In this document: piece by piece, positions 25,105-36,395 of the stretch
How the letters are laid out: each line of letters starts with the position of its first letter
Numbering within the stretch: the first letter of the stretch is position 1
DNA from: Heterodontus francisci
Lineage: Eukaryota
Reading direction: 5' to 3'
Assembly (NCBI RefSeq): GCF_036365525.1
Contig: NC_090418.1
Coordinates: 7,232,304-7,296,303, forward strand
DNA: 64,000 bases
Notes under the pieces: model-generated
Told to the model about the DNA's origin: nothing
The model's input: only the letters and a program-made list of their open reading frames with translations
The model's database searches: none
Made by a program: the position numbers and the translations under genes

Positions 25105-26430
25105 TTTTTTTTTATTTGTTCATGGGATGTGGGCGATGCTGGCCAGGCCAGCATTTATTGCCCATCCTTAATTGCCCTTGAGAAGGTGGTGAACCGCTGC
25201 AGTCCATTTGGGGTAGGTACACCCACAGTGCTGTTAGGAAGGGAGTTCCAGGATTTTGACCCAGCGACAGTGAAGAAACAGCGATATAGTTCCAAGTCAG
25301 GATGGTGTGTGACTTGGAGGGGAACTTGCAGAGGGTGGTGTTCCCATGTGTTTGCTGCCCTTGTCCTTCTAGTTGGTAGAGGTCGTGGGTTTGGAAGGTG
25401 CTGTCTGAGGAGCCTTGGTGCATTGCTGCAGTGCATCTTGTAGATGGTACACACTGCTGCCACTGTGTGTCAGTGGTGGAGGGAGTGAATGTTTGTAGAT
25501 GGGGTGCCAATCAAGCGCTGCTTTGTCCTGGATGGTATTGAGCTTCTTCAGTGTTGTTGGAGCTGCACCCATCCAGGCAAGTGGAGAGTATTCCATCGCA
25601 CTCCTGACTTGTGCCTTGTAGATGGTGGACAGGCTTTGGGGAGTCAGGAGTGTGTTACTCGCCTCAGGATTCCTAGCCTCTGAGCTGCTCTTGTAGCCAC
25701 GGTATTTATATGGCTACTCCAGTTCAGTTTCTGGTCAATGGTAACCCCTAGGATGTTGATAGTGGGGGATTCAGCGATGGTAATGCTGTTGAATATCAAG
25801 GGGAGATGGTTAGATTCTCTCTTGTTGGAGATGGTCATTGTCTGGCACTTGTGTGGCGCGGATGTTACTTGCCACTTATCAGCCCAAGCCTGGATATTGT
25901 CCAGGCCTTGCTGCATTTCTACACGGACTGCTTCAGTATCTGAGGAATCACGAATGGTGCTGAACATTGTGCAATCATCAGCGAACATCCCCACTTCTGA
26001 CCTTATGATTGAAGGAAGGCCATTGATGAAGCAGCTGAAGATGGTCGGGCCTAGGACACTACCCTGAGGAACTCCTGCAGTGATGTCCTGGAGATCAGAT
26101 GATTGACCTCCAACAACCACAACCATCTTCCTTTGCGCTCGGTATGACTCCAGCCAGCAGAGGGTTTTCCCCCTGATTCCCATTGACCTCAGTTTTGCTC
26201 GGGCTCCTCGATGCCATACTCAGTCAAATGCTGCCTTGATGTCAAGGGCAGTCACTCTCACCTCACCTCTTGAGTTCAGCCCTTTTGTCCATGTTTGAAC
26301 CAAGGCTGTAATGAGGTCAGGAGCTGAGCGGTCCTGGCAGAACCCAAACTGAGCGTCACTGAGCCAGTTATTGCTAAGCAAGTGCTGCTTGATGGCACTG
26401 TTGATGACACCTTCCATCACTTTACTGATG
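25105..26430 (-). mobile_element. CR1/Jockey-group LINE 3' fragment with RT domain (second LINE family)
   Basis: AQFGF...SAPD, ALDIKAAFD, GVPQGSVLGP, FADD, ILGVTID, MEYSPLAW...KLNTIQDKA, HHRRTVAAVCTIYKMH; stops and frameshifts. Confidence 0.9.
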
Positions 26431-27609
26431 TGGAACTAGGTTAAGTCTTAAATGAAGAGCTAGCACTGATATCTTTCAGCACTGTACTTGCTATCATTCA
26501 GTGAGATACCAGCTGTGGCCTCCAACTCAACATCGCATCAGAAGGTGGGACCTTTGACAATGCAGCACGCCCTCGGTATGGCACTGGATGTTGGCCAACC
26601 TTACAGGGGGTGGTTTAATAACACCTGCCCACACCACCCAAAGCGACATTGAATCTCATGAACGCTGATGCTGAGCCCCCCTGCCATTGGTGAGGGAAGG
26701 TCTGTGCCCAGGATCACAATTAACTAAAAGCAGCCCTTATGTGCCCCAGTCCAGGAGTGCAATTTGATGCCACAACCGTCCGATCAGAGGTGGGAGCGTT
26801 ACAAGCAGTGCTACAAGAAGAGAGAAAGTTATGGAACCAAGGCAGGTAGGAGGACCTAAGATAGAGATTAGCCACAATCTAACTGAATGGTGGAACAGTC
26901 TTGAGCAGTTCTCCCCCTGTGCGGAGGAAGCAACAGCAGAGGGGGAGAGGTGGCAGGTGTTGATCACGCACTCTGGGGCCCTGACACAAACGCACCGAGA
27001 GGGCTCGTCTACATGTTACGCTTACGCAAGGCGGGAGCTGTCATGTGGGTTCACCACAGGAAAACCAGTGCCAAAGCATAGAGCAGGCATGGGGAATCTA
27101 ACCGTCACTCTTGGGCTCCTGGCTGACTGCTTTTGATGTGGTGATCTGATAGCAGAAAATCAAAGTAGGGTGTAACTCCATTCAGACAAAGCTGTGATCA
27201 CATCAATGAGCCATGTGATCATCCTCATGTTAAGAAGGTTGCATCACAGCATCAATCATCTGCACTTCCTCTCTTATACAGGCTCAGTCATGAGTCTGTA
27301 TATAGGAACAAGAGGAGGCCTTTCAGCCCCTCGAGCCTGTTCCGCCTTTCAATGAGATCATGGCTGACCGGTAACAACTCCATATACCCACCTTTGGCCC
27401 ATCTCCCTTAGTACATTTGGCTAACAAAAATCAATCTCAGATTTAAAATTAACAATTGATCCGGCATCAATTGCCATTTGTGGAAGAGAGTTCCAAACTT
27501 CTGCCACACTTTGTGTGTAGAAGTGTTTCCTAATTTCACTCCTGAAAGGTCTGGCTCTAATTTTTAGACTGTGCCCCCTCGTCCTAGACTCCCCAACCAG
27601 CGGGAGTAT

Positions 27610-27957
27610 TTTAGTTTAGTGATACAGCACTGAAACAGGCCCTTCGGCCCACCGAGTCTGTGCCGACCATCAACCACCCATTTATACTAATCCTACACTG
27701 ATTCCATATTCCGACCACATCCCCACCTGCCCCTATATTTCCCTACCACCTACCTATGCTAGGGGCAATTGCTAATGGCCAATTTAGCTATCAACCTGCA
27801 AGTCTTTGGCATGTGGGAGGAAACCGGAGCACCCGGAGGAAACCCACGCAGACACAGGGAGAACTTGCAAACTCCACACAGGCAGCACCCAGAATTGAAC
27901 CCGGGTCGCTGGAACTGTGAGGCTGCGGTGCTAACCACTGCGCCACTGTGCCACCCA
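27610..27957 (-). mobile_element. HE1-like V-SINE (tRNA-derived) inserted in a CR1 fragment
   Basis: Minus strand: A box gtggcgcagtgg, B box ggttcaattc, V-domain ctgcgtgggtttcctccgggtgctccggtttcctcccaca, CR1-like tail ggccgaagggcctgtttc. Confidence 0.85.
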
Positions 27958-28118
27958 CAGTTTCTCTCTATCTACCCTATCTTCCCCTTAATATCTTGAA
28001 AACCTCAGTCAAATCACCCCTTAACCTTCTAAATTCTAGGGAGTACAATCCTGGTTTGTGTAATCTCTCCTCGTAATTTAACCCTTGGAGTGCAGCTGTC
28101 AGGTGAAAAGTTTGGAAT

Positions 28119-28389
28119 AAAAGCAAAGTACCGCAGATGCTGGAAACCTGAAATATAAACAGAAAGTGCTGGAAATACTCAACAGGTCTGGCAGCATCTG
28201 TGGAGAGAGAAGCAGAGTTAACGTTTCAGGCCCGTGACCTTTCATCAGTCACGCTTCAGCCCTGGTTAGACCTGGAGTTACTGTGAGCAGTTCTAATGAA
28301 GGGTCACTGACTTGCAACGTTAACTCTGCTTCTCTCTCCACAGAAGCTGCCTGACCTGCTGAATATTTCCAGCACGTCCTGTTTTTATT
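28119..28389. mobile_element. Inverted pair of Penelope pseudo-LTR fragments with 13-bp TSD
   Basis: 28121-28248 and 28292-28389 are approximate reverse complements; AAAAGTTTGGAAT at 28106-28118 and 28390-28402. Confidence 0.75.
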
Positions 28390-29164
28390 AAAAGTTTGGA
28401 ATCATTGACAGACACAAGGGAGCACCGATTTAATATATTTGATGTGAAGAGGAACTGCCCCTTCAAAATATTTTCTACCTTTTACACCATCTGGGTTACT
28501 GGAACTGAAACAGACCCATGTACCTTCTTCACACTGCATAGAAACTTGGTTAAACCACAGTTGCAGTACTGTGAACAGTTCAGGTTTCTAGATTATATCA
28601 AAGATATAGAGCTAGTAGAGAAGGTGCAAAACCAATTTACTTGAATGATACAACAACTGAGGGGGTCATACCTGTTAGGAAGGTTTGAAGGGGCTGAGGT
28701 GCTTCTCCCTAGAAAAGAGAAGGCTGAGGGGTGACCTGACCTCTGTCAGGTCTTCAAGATTATGAAAGGTTTCGATAGGTTAGACGTAGAGAAAATGATT
28801 CCACTTGTGGGCGAGACCAGAACTAGGGGGCCATCAATATAAGACAGTCACTAATAAATCCAGTTCGGGAATTCAGGAGTGGTCAGAATGTGGAACTCAC
28901 TACTATAGGGAGTAGTTGAGGTGAATAAATAGATGTATTTAAGGGGAAACTAGATAAAGTCACTGCCCTGCTATATAAAGTATGAGACTGATACCTTTTT
29001 CCTGACGTCAAATAATTACACAACTTTCCCTTGGGAACTAGATTCTTTTCAAATGGACGATTTCTCCAAAGTCCAGAGTGCCCTTGACGCTGTAGTCAAC
29101 ACCCGCCAACACTGTTCCATTAAGAAACCTCAAGGGATTCCTATACTGACCGAGCCTCTATTCT

Positions 29165-29590
29165 CTAGAGTTTGGAAAAGGTGATCTCATTCAAACATAC
29201 AAATTTCTTACCGGGCTCAATACAGCAAGGATGTTTCCCTGGTTGGAGGGTGGAGGGATAGGGGTGGGTGTCGGTGATGACTAGAGTCAGGGGCCACAGT
29301 CTCGGAATAAGAGGTAGGCCTTTTTTGACTGAGACGAGGAGAAATTTCTTCACTCGGAGGGTAGTGAATCTTTGGAATTCTCTACCCCAGAGGACTGTGG
29401 AGGCTCAGTCATTGAGTATGTTCCAGACGGAGATCAATAGATCTCTAGATATTAAAGATATCAAAGGGGTATGGGGATAGTGCGAGAAAATGGCGTTGAG
29501 GTAGAAGACGAGCCATGATCTAGTTGAGTGGCGGAGCAGATTCAATGGGCCGAATGGTCTACTCCTGCTCCTATTTCCTAAGTTCTTATG
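29165..29590 (+). mobile_element. CR1 LINE 3' fragment
   Basis: TRVRGHSLGIRGRPFLTETRRNFFTRRVVNLWNSLP. Confidence 0.85.
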
Positions 29591-32161
29591 AGAATGTTCA
29601 TTGCTGTGGCCATCGACATGAAGTATACCGACAAGTGCCTGTACACCATTAACGTCAACATTGGGTCCCGTATCTGCTGGGAAGGAGAGGAGGAGCGGAA
29701 GGAGTGGCACTGATACGTTGGCAGCCAGATTGGGCCACACTAAAGGTCCTTCTCGGCACCCAGCCATTGCTCACACACCCACCTCCGCAAAATAAGCTGT
29801 GGCAAAGACCCTTCTTGAACTGAGGGAGTGGTGCGCATGAGGACTCCAACCCTCAAGATCAGTTGTAGCAGCAAATCCAATGGCACAGATAGGGCGCTGG
29901 CCTTGCCAGCCTCTTCAGACACCACCCAGATCACATGCCATGCCATGCAAGATGCTATGGCATGGAGGCTAACTGGGTCAACATCACAATCCCAAAGCAC
30001 CAACACGGCTCAATATTTGGCCTTTGGAGAGATTAAACAAGCTAAATTTCACTGAAATGTGAAAGGTTAAATGGTGATTTGATCGAAGGTTTCAAGATAT
30101 TAAGGGGAACAGGTAGGGCAGCTTGGGAGAAACCATTTCCATTGATTGGGGAGTCTAGGACTGGGGGACACAGTCTAAAAATTAGAGCCAGACTTGTAAG
30201 GTTGAAATTAGGAAATAATTCTACACACAAAGGGTGATAGAAATTTTGAACTCTCTTCCACAAATGGCAATTGATGCTGGATCAATTGTTAATTTTAAAT
30301 CTGAGATTGATAGATTTTTGTTATCCAGAGGTATTAAGGGATATGGGGCTAAGGTGGGTATATGGAGTTAGGTCACAGATCAGCCATGATCTTATTCAAT
30401 GGCGGAACAGGCTCCAGGGGCTGAATGGCCTCCAGGTTCTTATGTCTCACTTGTCCTTTCCAAAATGTCAACTGTAGAGGTCAATGGGTCCATCCGGAAG
30501 GAAGTGGTGACACCCCTGGGCAGCCACTTGTGGATTTTCAGGGTGTTGCGAGGGGTGGGTGCGGTGGTTAGACATCGACGTCAAGCCGAAGAGTAGAATC
30601 AGAAAAAAAGCAATGAAAGAAAGACAGTGGAAGGCAGTTGACGTTAATTGCATATTAATAGTGTTTAATTGTGTGCAGGTGGTTGACATTCACTTGCGTC
30701 CCATAAACAGACACAGTCTGAAACTGTGATTGCTGGGTTAGGAGATGGACGCTTGTAATGTGTATCTCTGTAAATAAAATGCTTATAAAAGTGTGTAAAT
30801 ATTGGCTCCAGTTCCATCCTTCACCAGCTGTCTTTCTGGTGTGTAACAGCAGAAAACTAAGGTGGCCGACTCAGATACGAGGTGCACACAGCAGAAGCAA
30901 TGCCACGGGGAGACCCATCAGTGATTGTCAAGTTCTTTATTAAATCCGTAAAATGGAGGGCACTGGGTTCTAGCACACTCTTCACATCCCTAAGATCCAT
31001 AAAAGCATCAAGATACATTTGCACAAATTAGACCGTCCATCACTGATTAAAGCAATGGTTCCAAAATTGACGTTCCGGGGAGGGGCTCAAAAGAGTTGAA
31101 ACATGAGCCAGGAGGCAAGAGCAAATTGCAGTTTCCATATGTGCAGTGCAGGGTGGGCTGGCTTTTTCAGCCAGGGGAGCAACGCGTGAAGAATAGACAA
31201 ACTTTGCAATGAGTAAATACCCATGTTATCAAAAGCATCATAAAATCACTCTTTACATTGAGTACTTTTATACAATGAATATTACATAGAACAAACAAAA
31301 CAAAGAACAGTACAGCACAGGAACAGGCCATTCGGCCCTCCAAGCCTGCGCCGATCGTGATGCCTGCCGAAACTAACACCTTCTCCACTTCTGGGGCCCA
31401 TATCCCCTCTATTCCCTTTCTATTCATATATTTGTCAAGATGTCTCTTCAACGTCGCTATCGTATCTGCGATGAGGGTTCCGTGATTACTAACCCATTTC
31501 AGAAGCTCTCCAGCAAACAAAATCATTTGAGACTAACTGAATTAAAGGGTAAGCTCTTTGCAATTATAATTCTGGCCTTGGTCCTCCCTACTTTGCTGCT
31601 GAGATGGACTCCATCTCGCCCCACTCCATCCAAACCAGAGCAGCGTATCAACTTTTGGCCGGAATCTGCCCGATTATGGCTCTGGAATTTCTTTAAACAC
31701 AATCCATTGAGCTCATTATGAAAGTTAGATGAAGTGGGATCTTGGCTTTGAGAAAATTGTTGGGTAACCTTCGCACCCCCCTCCCAGCGCAATGCGAATG
31801 AGACCCATCTTCTCAAATCCACTTTCCCGCCCTATTCCTTGATTCTGCTAATGTCCAAAAATCTATTGGTCTCATACACTCATCGACGGAACATCCACAG
31901 CCCTCTGGGGCACAGAATGCAAAAGATTCACAGCCCATTGAGTGAAGACATTTTTCTTCACCTCAATCCTAAACAGCAGACCCCTTCATCCTGGTGACTA
32001 TGACCCCCATAGTTCTAGACTTTCCAACCAGGGGGAAACATCCTCTCAGCTTCTACCCTGTCAAGCCTGCCAAAGAATTTTATACGTTTCAATGCAGCTC
32101 CTGTCTCTCTTTGAGGAGTGAAGCTCTTGTGGGATCGAGCACAGGAAAAGAGGAGTGTGAC

Positions 32162-32241
32162 TCATGTTAGAAGCTTCATCAGTGACAGGAGCAGGAATGT
32201 GATCCAGGCAGAGGGATGTCCACAGTGTTTAAAGGTCCCAC
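32162..32241 (-). CDS. Terminal coding exon encoding a GPI-anchor-like hydrophobic tail
   Basis: Acceptor ttttgttttcattcaaacag|GT, phase 1, in frame with the IgV exon: (G)GTFKHCGHPSAWITFLLLSLMKLLT* (TGA 32164-32162). Spliced CDS is 64+354+80=498 nt, 165 aa. Confidence 0.7.
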
Positions 32242-32864
32242 CTGTTTGAATGAAAACAAAATTAAAATTTGGAGAGTTAGAAGCGGTGTGCAGAGATAAG
32301 AACATAAGGAATAGGAGCAGGAGTAGGCCACTCGGCCCCTCAAGCCTGCTCCACCATTGAATAAGATCATGGCTGATGATAAGAAATACAAGATCATTGA
32401 CAATTTGCATTTGTCTCAGGCAGGAAAACGTCCTAGAGTGTTTCACGGGAGTGCAATCAGTCAGAACATGTCACCAGGCCACATAAGGCCAAAAATATGG
32501 TTGACAGTTTCAGGAAGGAGGGCGAGGCAGAGAGGTTTAGGGAGGGAATTCCAGAGCTTGGGACCCAGGCAGCTGAAGGCACGGCCGCCAGTGATAGAAA
32601 TCGGGGTGGCAGTGAGGAGGGGGGGGGGGGGTTCTCTGAGGGTTGTAGGGCTGAAGGAGGTTGCTGAGATAGGGAGGAATGAGGCCATGGAGGCATCGTC
32701 CTACTCTATGTTCCTCTCTGCTCCCCTGACTTGGGAGCTCCCTCAAAAACTCACTCCACAGGCCACTGCCTGGCTGCGCACTGCCCTCTAAGATAGAAGG
32801 ATGTGGGTTCAAGTCCTATCTCACTCAATTGAGGCATACAGTCCTGAGGGAGTGCTGCACTAAT

Positions 32865-33025
32865 TTACCTATCATCCCACAAGTCTTTGGTATGTGGGAG
32901 GAAACCCGAGCACCCGGATGAAACCCAAACAATCACAGGGAGAACTTGCAAACTCCACACAGACATTACCCGGAACTGAACCTGGGTCGCTGGAGCTATG
33001 AGGCTGCGGTGATAACCACTGTGCC
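32865..33025 (-). mobile_element. HE1-like V-SINE 5' fragment
   Basis: gggaggaaacccgagcacccgg...gagaacttgcaaactccacacagac. Confidence 0.75.
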
Positions 33026-33608
33026 AGTTGTGGGATTTAACTTTGATTAATTGAAAAAACAATCTGGAATTGAAAGTTGGTCTCAGTAATGGTGCCATGA
33101 AACTATCATCAATTGGTGTAAAACCCATCTGGTTCACTAATGTCCTTTAGGGAAGGAAATCCGCCGTCCTTACCTGGTCTGGCCTACATGTGACTCCAGA
33201 CCCACAGCAATGTGGTTGACTCTTAACTGCCCCCTGAAATGGCCGAGCAAGTCACTCCATTGTCAAGAGCAATTAGGGATGGGCAACCAGTGCTGGATCT
33301 TCAGCAATGCCCACATCACATGAAGGGATGAGAAAAAAAAAGTGGGCATCAAGATCCCATGCGGTTATGTTGAAGAAGAGCAAAGGAGTTCTCCTTGGTG
33401 CTCTGGCCAATATTTATCCCTCAGTTACTAGCTGGTCATTGTCACAATGCTGTTTGTAGTAGCTCACTGTGTGCAAATTGGCTGCCGGTTTTCCTACATT
33501 ACAGCAGTGACTACACCAAAGCATTTTGGAGACCTCCTGAGGTGGTGAAAAGCGCTATAGAAATGCAAGTCTGCATTCGAGACAGTGAATGAAAAGGTGT
33601 CTTCCTAC

Positions 33609-33962
33609 CTGAACTCACTGTCAGCTGCAAGTGGGCACAACATGCGGCACGACCCTCTGCTCTGACATAACAGGTGTAGTTGCCAGAGTCTGTGCTCTGC
33701 ACCTTCATGATTTGCAGGGTTGCATTCCCCGTCTGAGTCCAGGAACGAGAGATGGTCGTGCGGCTTTCAAACTTCTTGTTTTGCAACACCCAGCTGGAAT
33801 TCTCTGCATACACCATCAGAAGCTCATTGCCAAGCTCCATCTGCCAGGAGATTAAGAGCTGTCGATCGTGCTGGCTACTGCTATGGAAGATACACGGCAA
33901 GGAAACGGTATCCCCACGTTTGGCCCCCACAGGATTTTGATTTATCTCGCACTTGACGTCCT
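33609..33962 (-). CDS. IgV (V-set) domain exon, B7/butyrophilin-like
   Basis: 354-nt symmetric phase 1-1 exon (ctttccccag|AG ... TCAG|gtagga). EDVKCEINQNPVGAKRGDTVSLPCIF...ISWQ...KFESRTTI...GNATLQIMKVQSTDSGNYTCYV...LQLTVSS has the B-strand Cys, C-strand Trp, DxGxYxC and the GNAxL motif typical of B7/BTN V domains. Confidence 0.92.
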
Positions 33963-34465
33963 CTGGGGAAAGGGAACAGATAAACCCAGTCAGTATTGGA
34001 ATGGTTCCCCTACTCCTAACACTGTATAGCTGTCCCTCCATCTTACATAGCGAGTCATCATTCTATTAATCTACCCACCTCTATATCGTTCATTCTCTCT
34101 ATATCTGTCTCTCTCTTTCTGAGCAACTCTCTGTCTCACTTTACTCACTCTCTAGCTCCGTTAATACCTTAACACTGTTCGTCTGCCTCTCTCTCTCTTG
34201 CTGCCTCTCATAGTGCGTTTCTATCTATTCCTCTTGTTTTTCTCAAGCTGCCTCTCTCAATCCCTCTCTAATTCTCTTTAGCTCCATTTATCAATACTGC
34301 AGTACTTCGGTGAATAACTAATGAATGTCTTGCATCAGGTAATCTCCCCTTGAGAGCTTTGTTTAAAAATCTTTTTGTTGGATACTCGTGTTCGTGAAGG
34401 TGAGGGGTATTAGATCTGGAAAGCTGAACACAGTGGCACTTCAAGAGGTCAGTGACCTTATCAGG

Positions 34466-35711
34466 GGGCAGGTACAGCACGGGGTTAGAGACAGAATAAA
34501 GCTCCCTCTACACTGTCCCCATCAAACACTCCCAGGACAGGTACAGTACGGGGGTAAAAAAACCAAAAAAAAAACGGGGTTAGATACAGAGTAAAGCTCC
34601 CTCTACAAAAAAAAAAACGGGGTTAGATACAGAGTAAAGCTCCCTCTACACTGTCCCCATCAAACACTCCCAGGACAGGTACAGCACAGGTTAGATACAG
34701 AGTAAAGCTCCGTCTACACTGTCCCTATCAAACACTGAATGGAAAACACTTGTGGTAAACAAAGTCTTGTTGTGCAATTGTAGGAAGGAATGGAGTTGGT
34801 GTTAGATAAGTTTGAAACAAAAAAAAAAACGGGGTTAGATACAGAGTAAAGCTCCCACTACACTGTCCCCCATCAAACACTCCCAGGACAGGTACAGCAC
34901 AGGGTTAGATACGGAGTAAAGCTCCCTCTACACTGTCCCGTCAAACACTCCCAGGACAGGTACAGCACAGGTTAGATACAGAGTAAAGCTCCGTCTACAC
35001 TGTCCCTATCAAACACTGAATGGGAAAAACTTGTGGTAAACAAAGTCTTGTTATGCAATTGTAGGAAGGAATGGAGTCGGTGTTAGATAAGTTTGAAACA
35101 AAAAAAAACGGGGTTAGATACAGAGTAAAGCTCCCTCTACACTGTCCCATCAAACACTCCCAGGGCAAGTACAGCACGGGGTTAGATACAGAGTAAAGCT
35201 CCCTCTACACTGTCCCATCAAACACTCCCAGGGCAAGTACAGCACAGGGTTAGATACAGAGTAAAGCTCCCTCTACACTGTCCCATCAAACACTCCCAGG
35301 GCAAGTACAGCACGGGGTTAGATACAGAGTAAAGCTTCCTCTACACTGTCCCCATCAAACACTCACAGGACAGGTACAGCACGGAATTAAAAAAGAAAAA
35401 AAAACACCAAAAAAATTTTTAAAAGAAGAAAAAATGGGGTTAGATACAGAGTAAAGCTCCCTCTACACTGTCCCCATCAAACACTCCCAGGACAGGTACA
35501 GTACGGGGTTAGATACAGAGTAAAGCTCCCTCTACACTGTCCCCATCAAACACTCCCAGGACAGGTACAGCACGGGGTTAGATACAGAGTAAAGCTCCCT
35601 CTACACTGTCCCCATCAAACACTCCCAGGACAGGTACAGCACGGGGTTAGATACAGAGTAAAGCTCCGTCTACGCTGTCCCCATCAAACACTCCCAGGAC
35701 AGGTACAGCAC
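34466..35711. repeat. 69-bp minisatellite, left part, interrupted by five A-tailed inserts
   Basis: Unit CGGGGTTAGATACAGAGTAAAGCTCCCTCTACACTGTCCCCATCAAACACTCCCAGGACAGGTACAGCA, roughly 15 full or partial copies. Confidence 0.95.
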
Positions 35712-36395
35712 TGGGATTGGCTGGTCAATTTGGAGCACTTCCTGCCAGCAATCAGGGGGAGCAGCTGCACCTGTGTTGCAGCAATTGCAGAGTGGAGACT
35801 GGAGTAATTGGAGAAAGTGGAGAGGTGAATGCAGAGTGGAGAGAAACCATCAAGAAAGGCTGCAATTTTTCTGGAAAGGTGGGTGTCAGGGCACCTGAAA
35901 GACTCTGAAGTTTAAACTGTTTGGGGGAGGGAGAAGAGGCCTGAAGACTCAGGGGTGGGGCAGCCAAATCCAGTAGGGGCCCCTGTGTTTGTATTGGTGT
36001 TTGCACACAGGGAGCTCCCTCCCCACCCCAACTGCCTGCTCGGGACAGCTGGAGTTGCCCGGGTGAAGACTGTCTTGTTAAAATCAGAAGAGGAGAGTAC
36101 CGGGCGGCTCCAGCCGTCCCGGGCGAAGAAGCCTCCCCCAACTGGAAGACAACAAACAGTTTTGGACTAATTGTTATAAAGGTGCTCCAACTGGCAGTTG
36201 GATCAAACATCCTTTTCAGCCTTTCTCTCCCTTCCTCCACTCAGTCGCCTCAGTCACCTATCCTCCCCATTTCCTTTACCATCCTACCCCATCCTCCTCT
36301 ACTCCCACTCCACCTTGTTTAAAGTTTGCTTTTTTTTTTAAAAAATTGTGTAAATTTGTTTTGTTTCTTGGGGGTGGACGTAGCTCTTAGACCCC

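Noticed and set aside
27880-27957. tRNA-like A/B boxes
   Set aside because: Head of a SINE, not a tRNA gene.
29592-30050. Unique-looking GC-balanced stretch with short ORFs
   Set aside because: No recognisable domain or consistent splice sites; probably an old unclassified repeat.
34466-35711. CRISPR-like repeat/spacer appearance
   Set aside because: Eukaryotic DNA with no cas genes; units are directly tandem and the interruptions are poly(A)-tailed retro-insertions.
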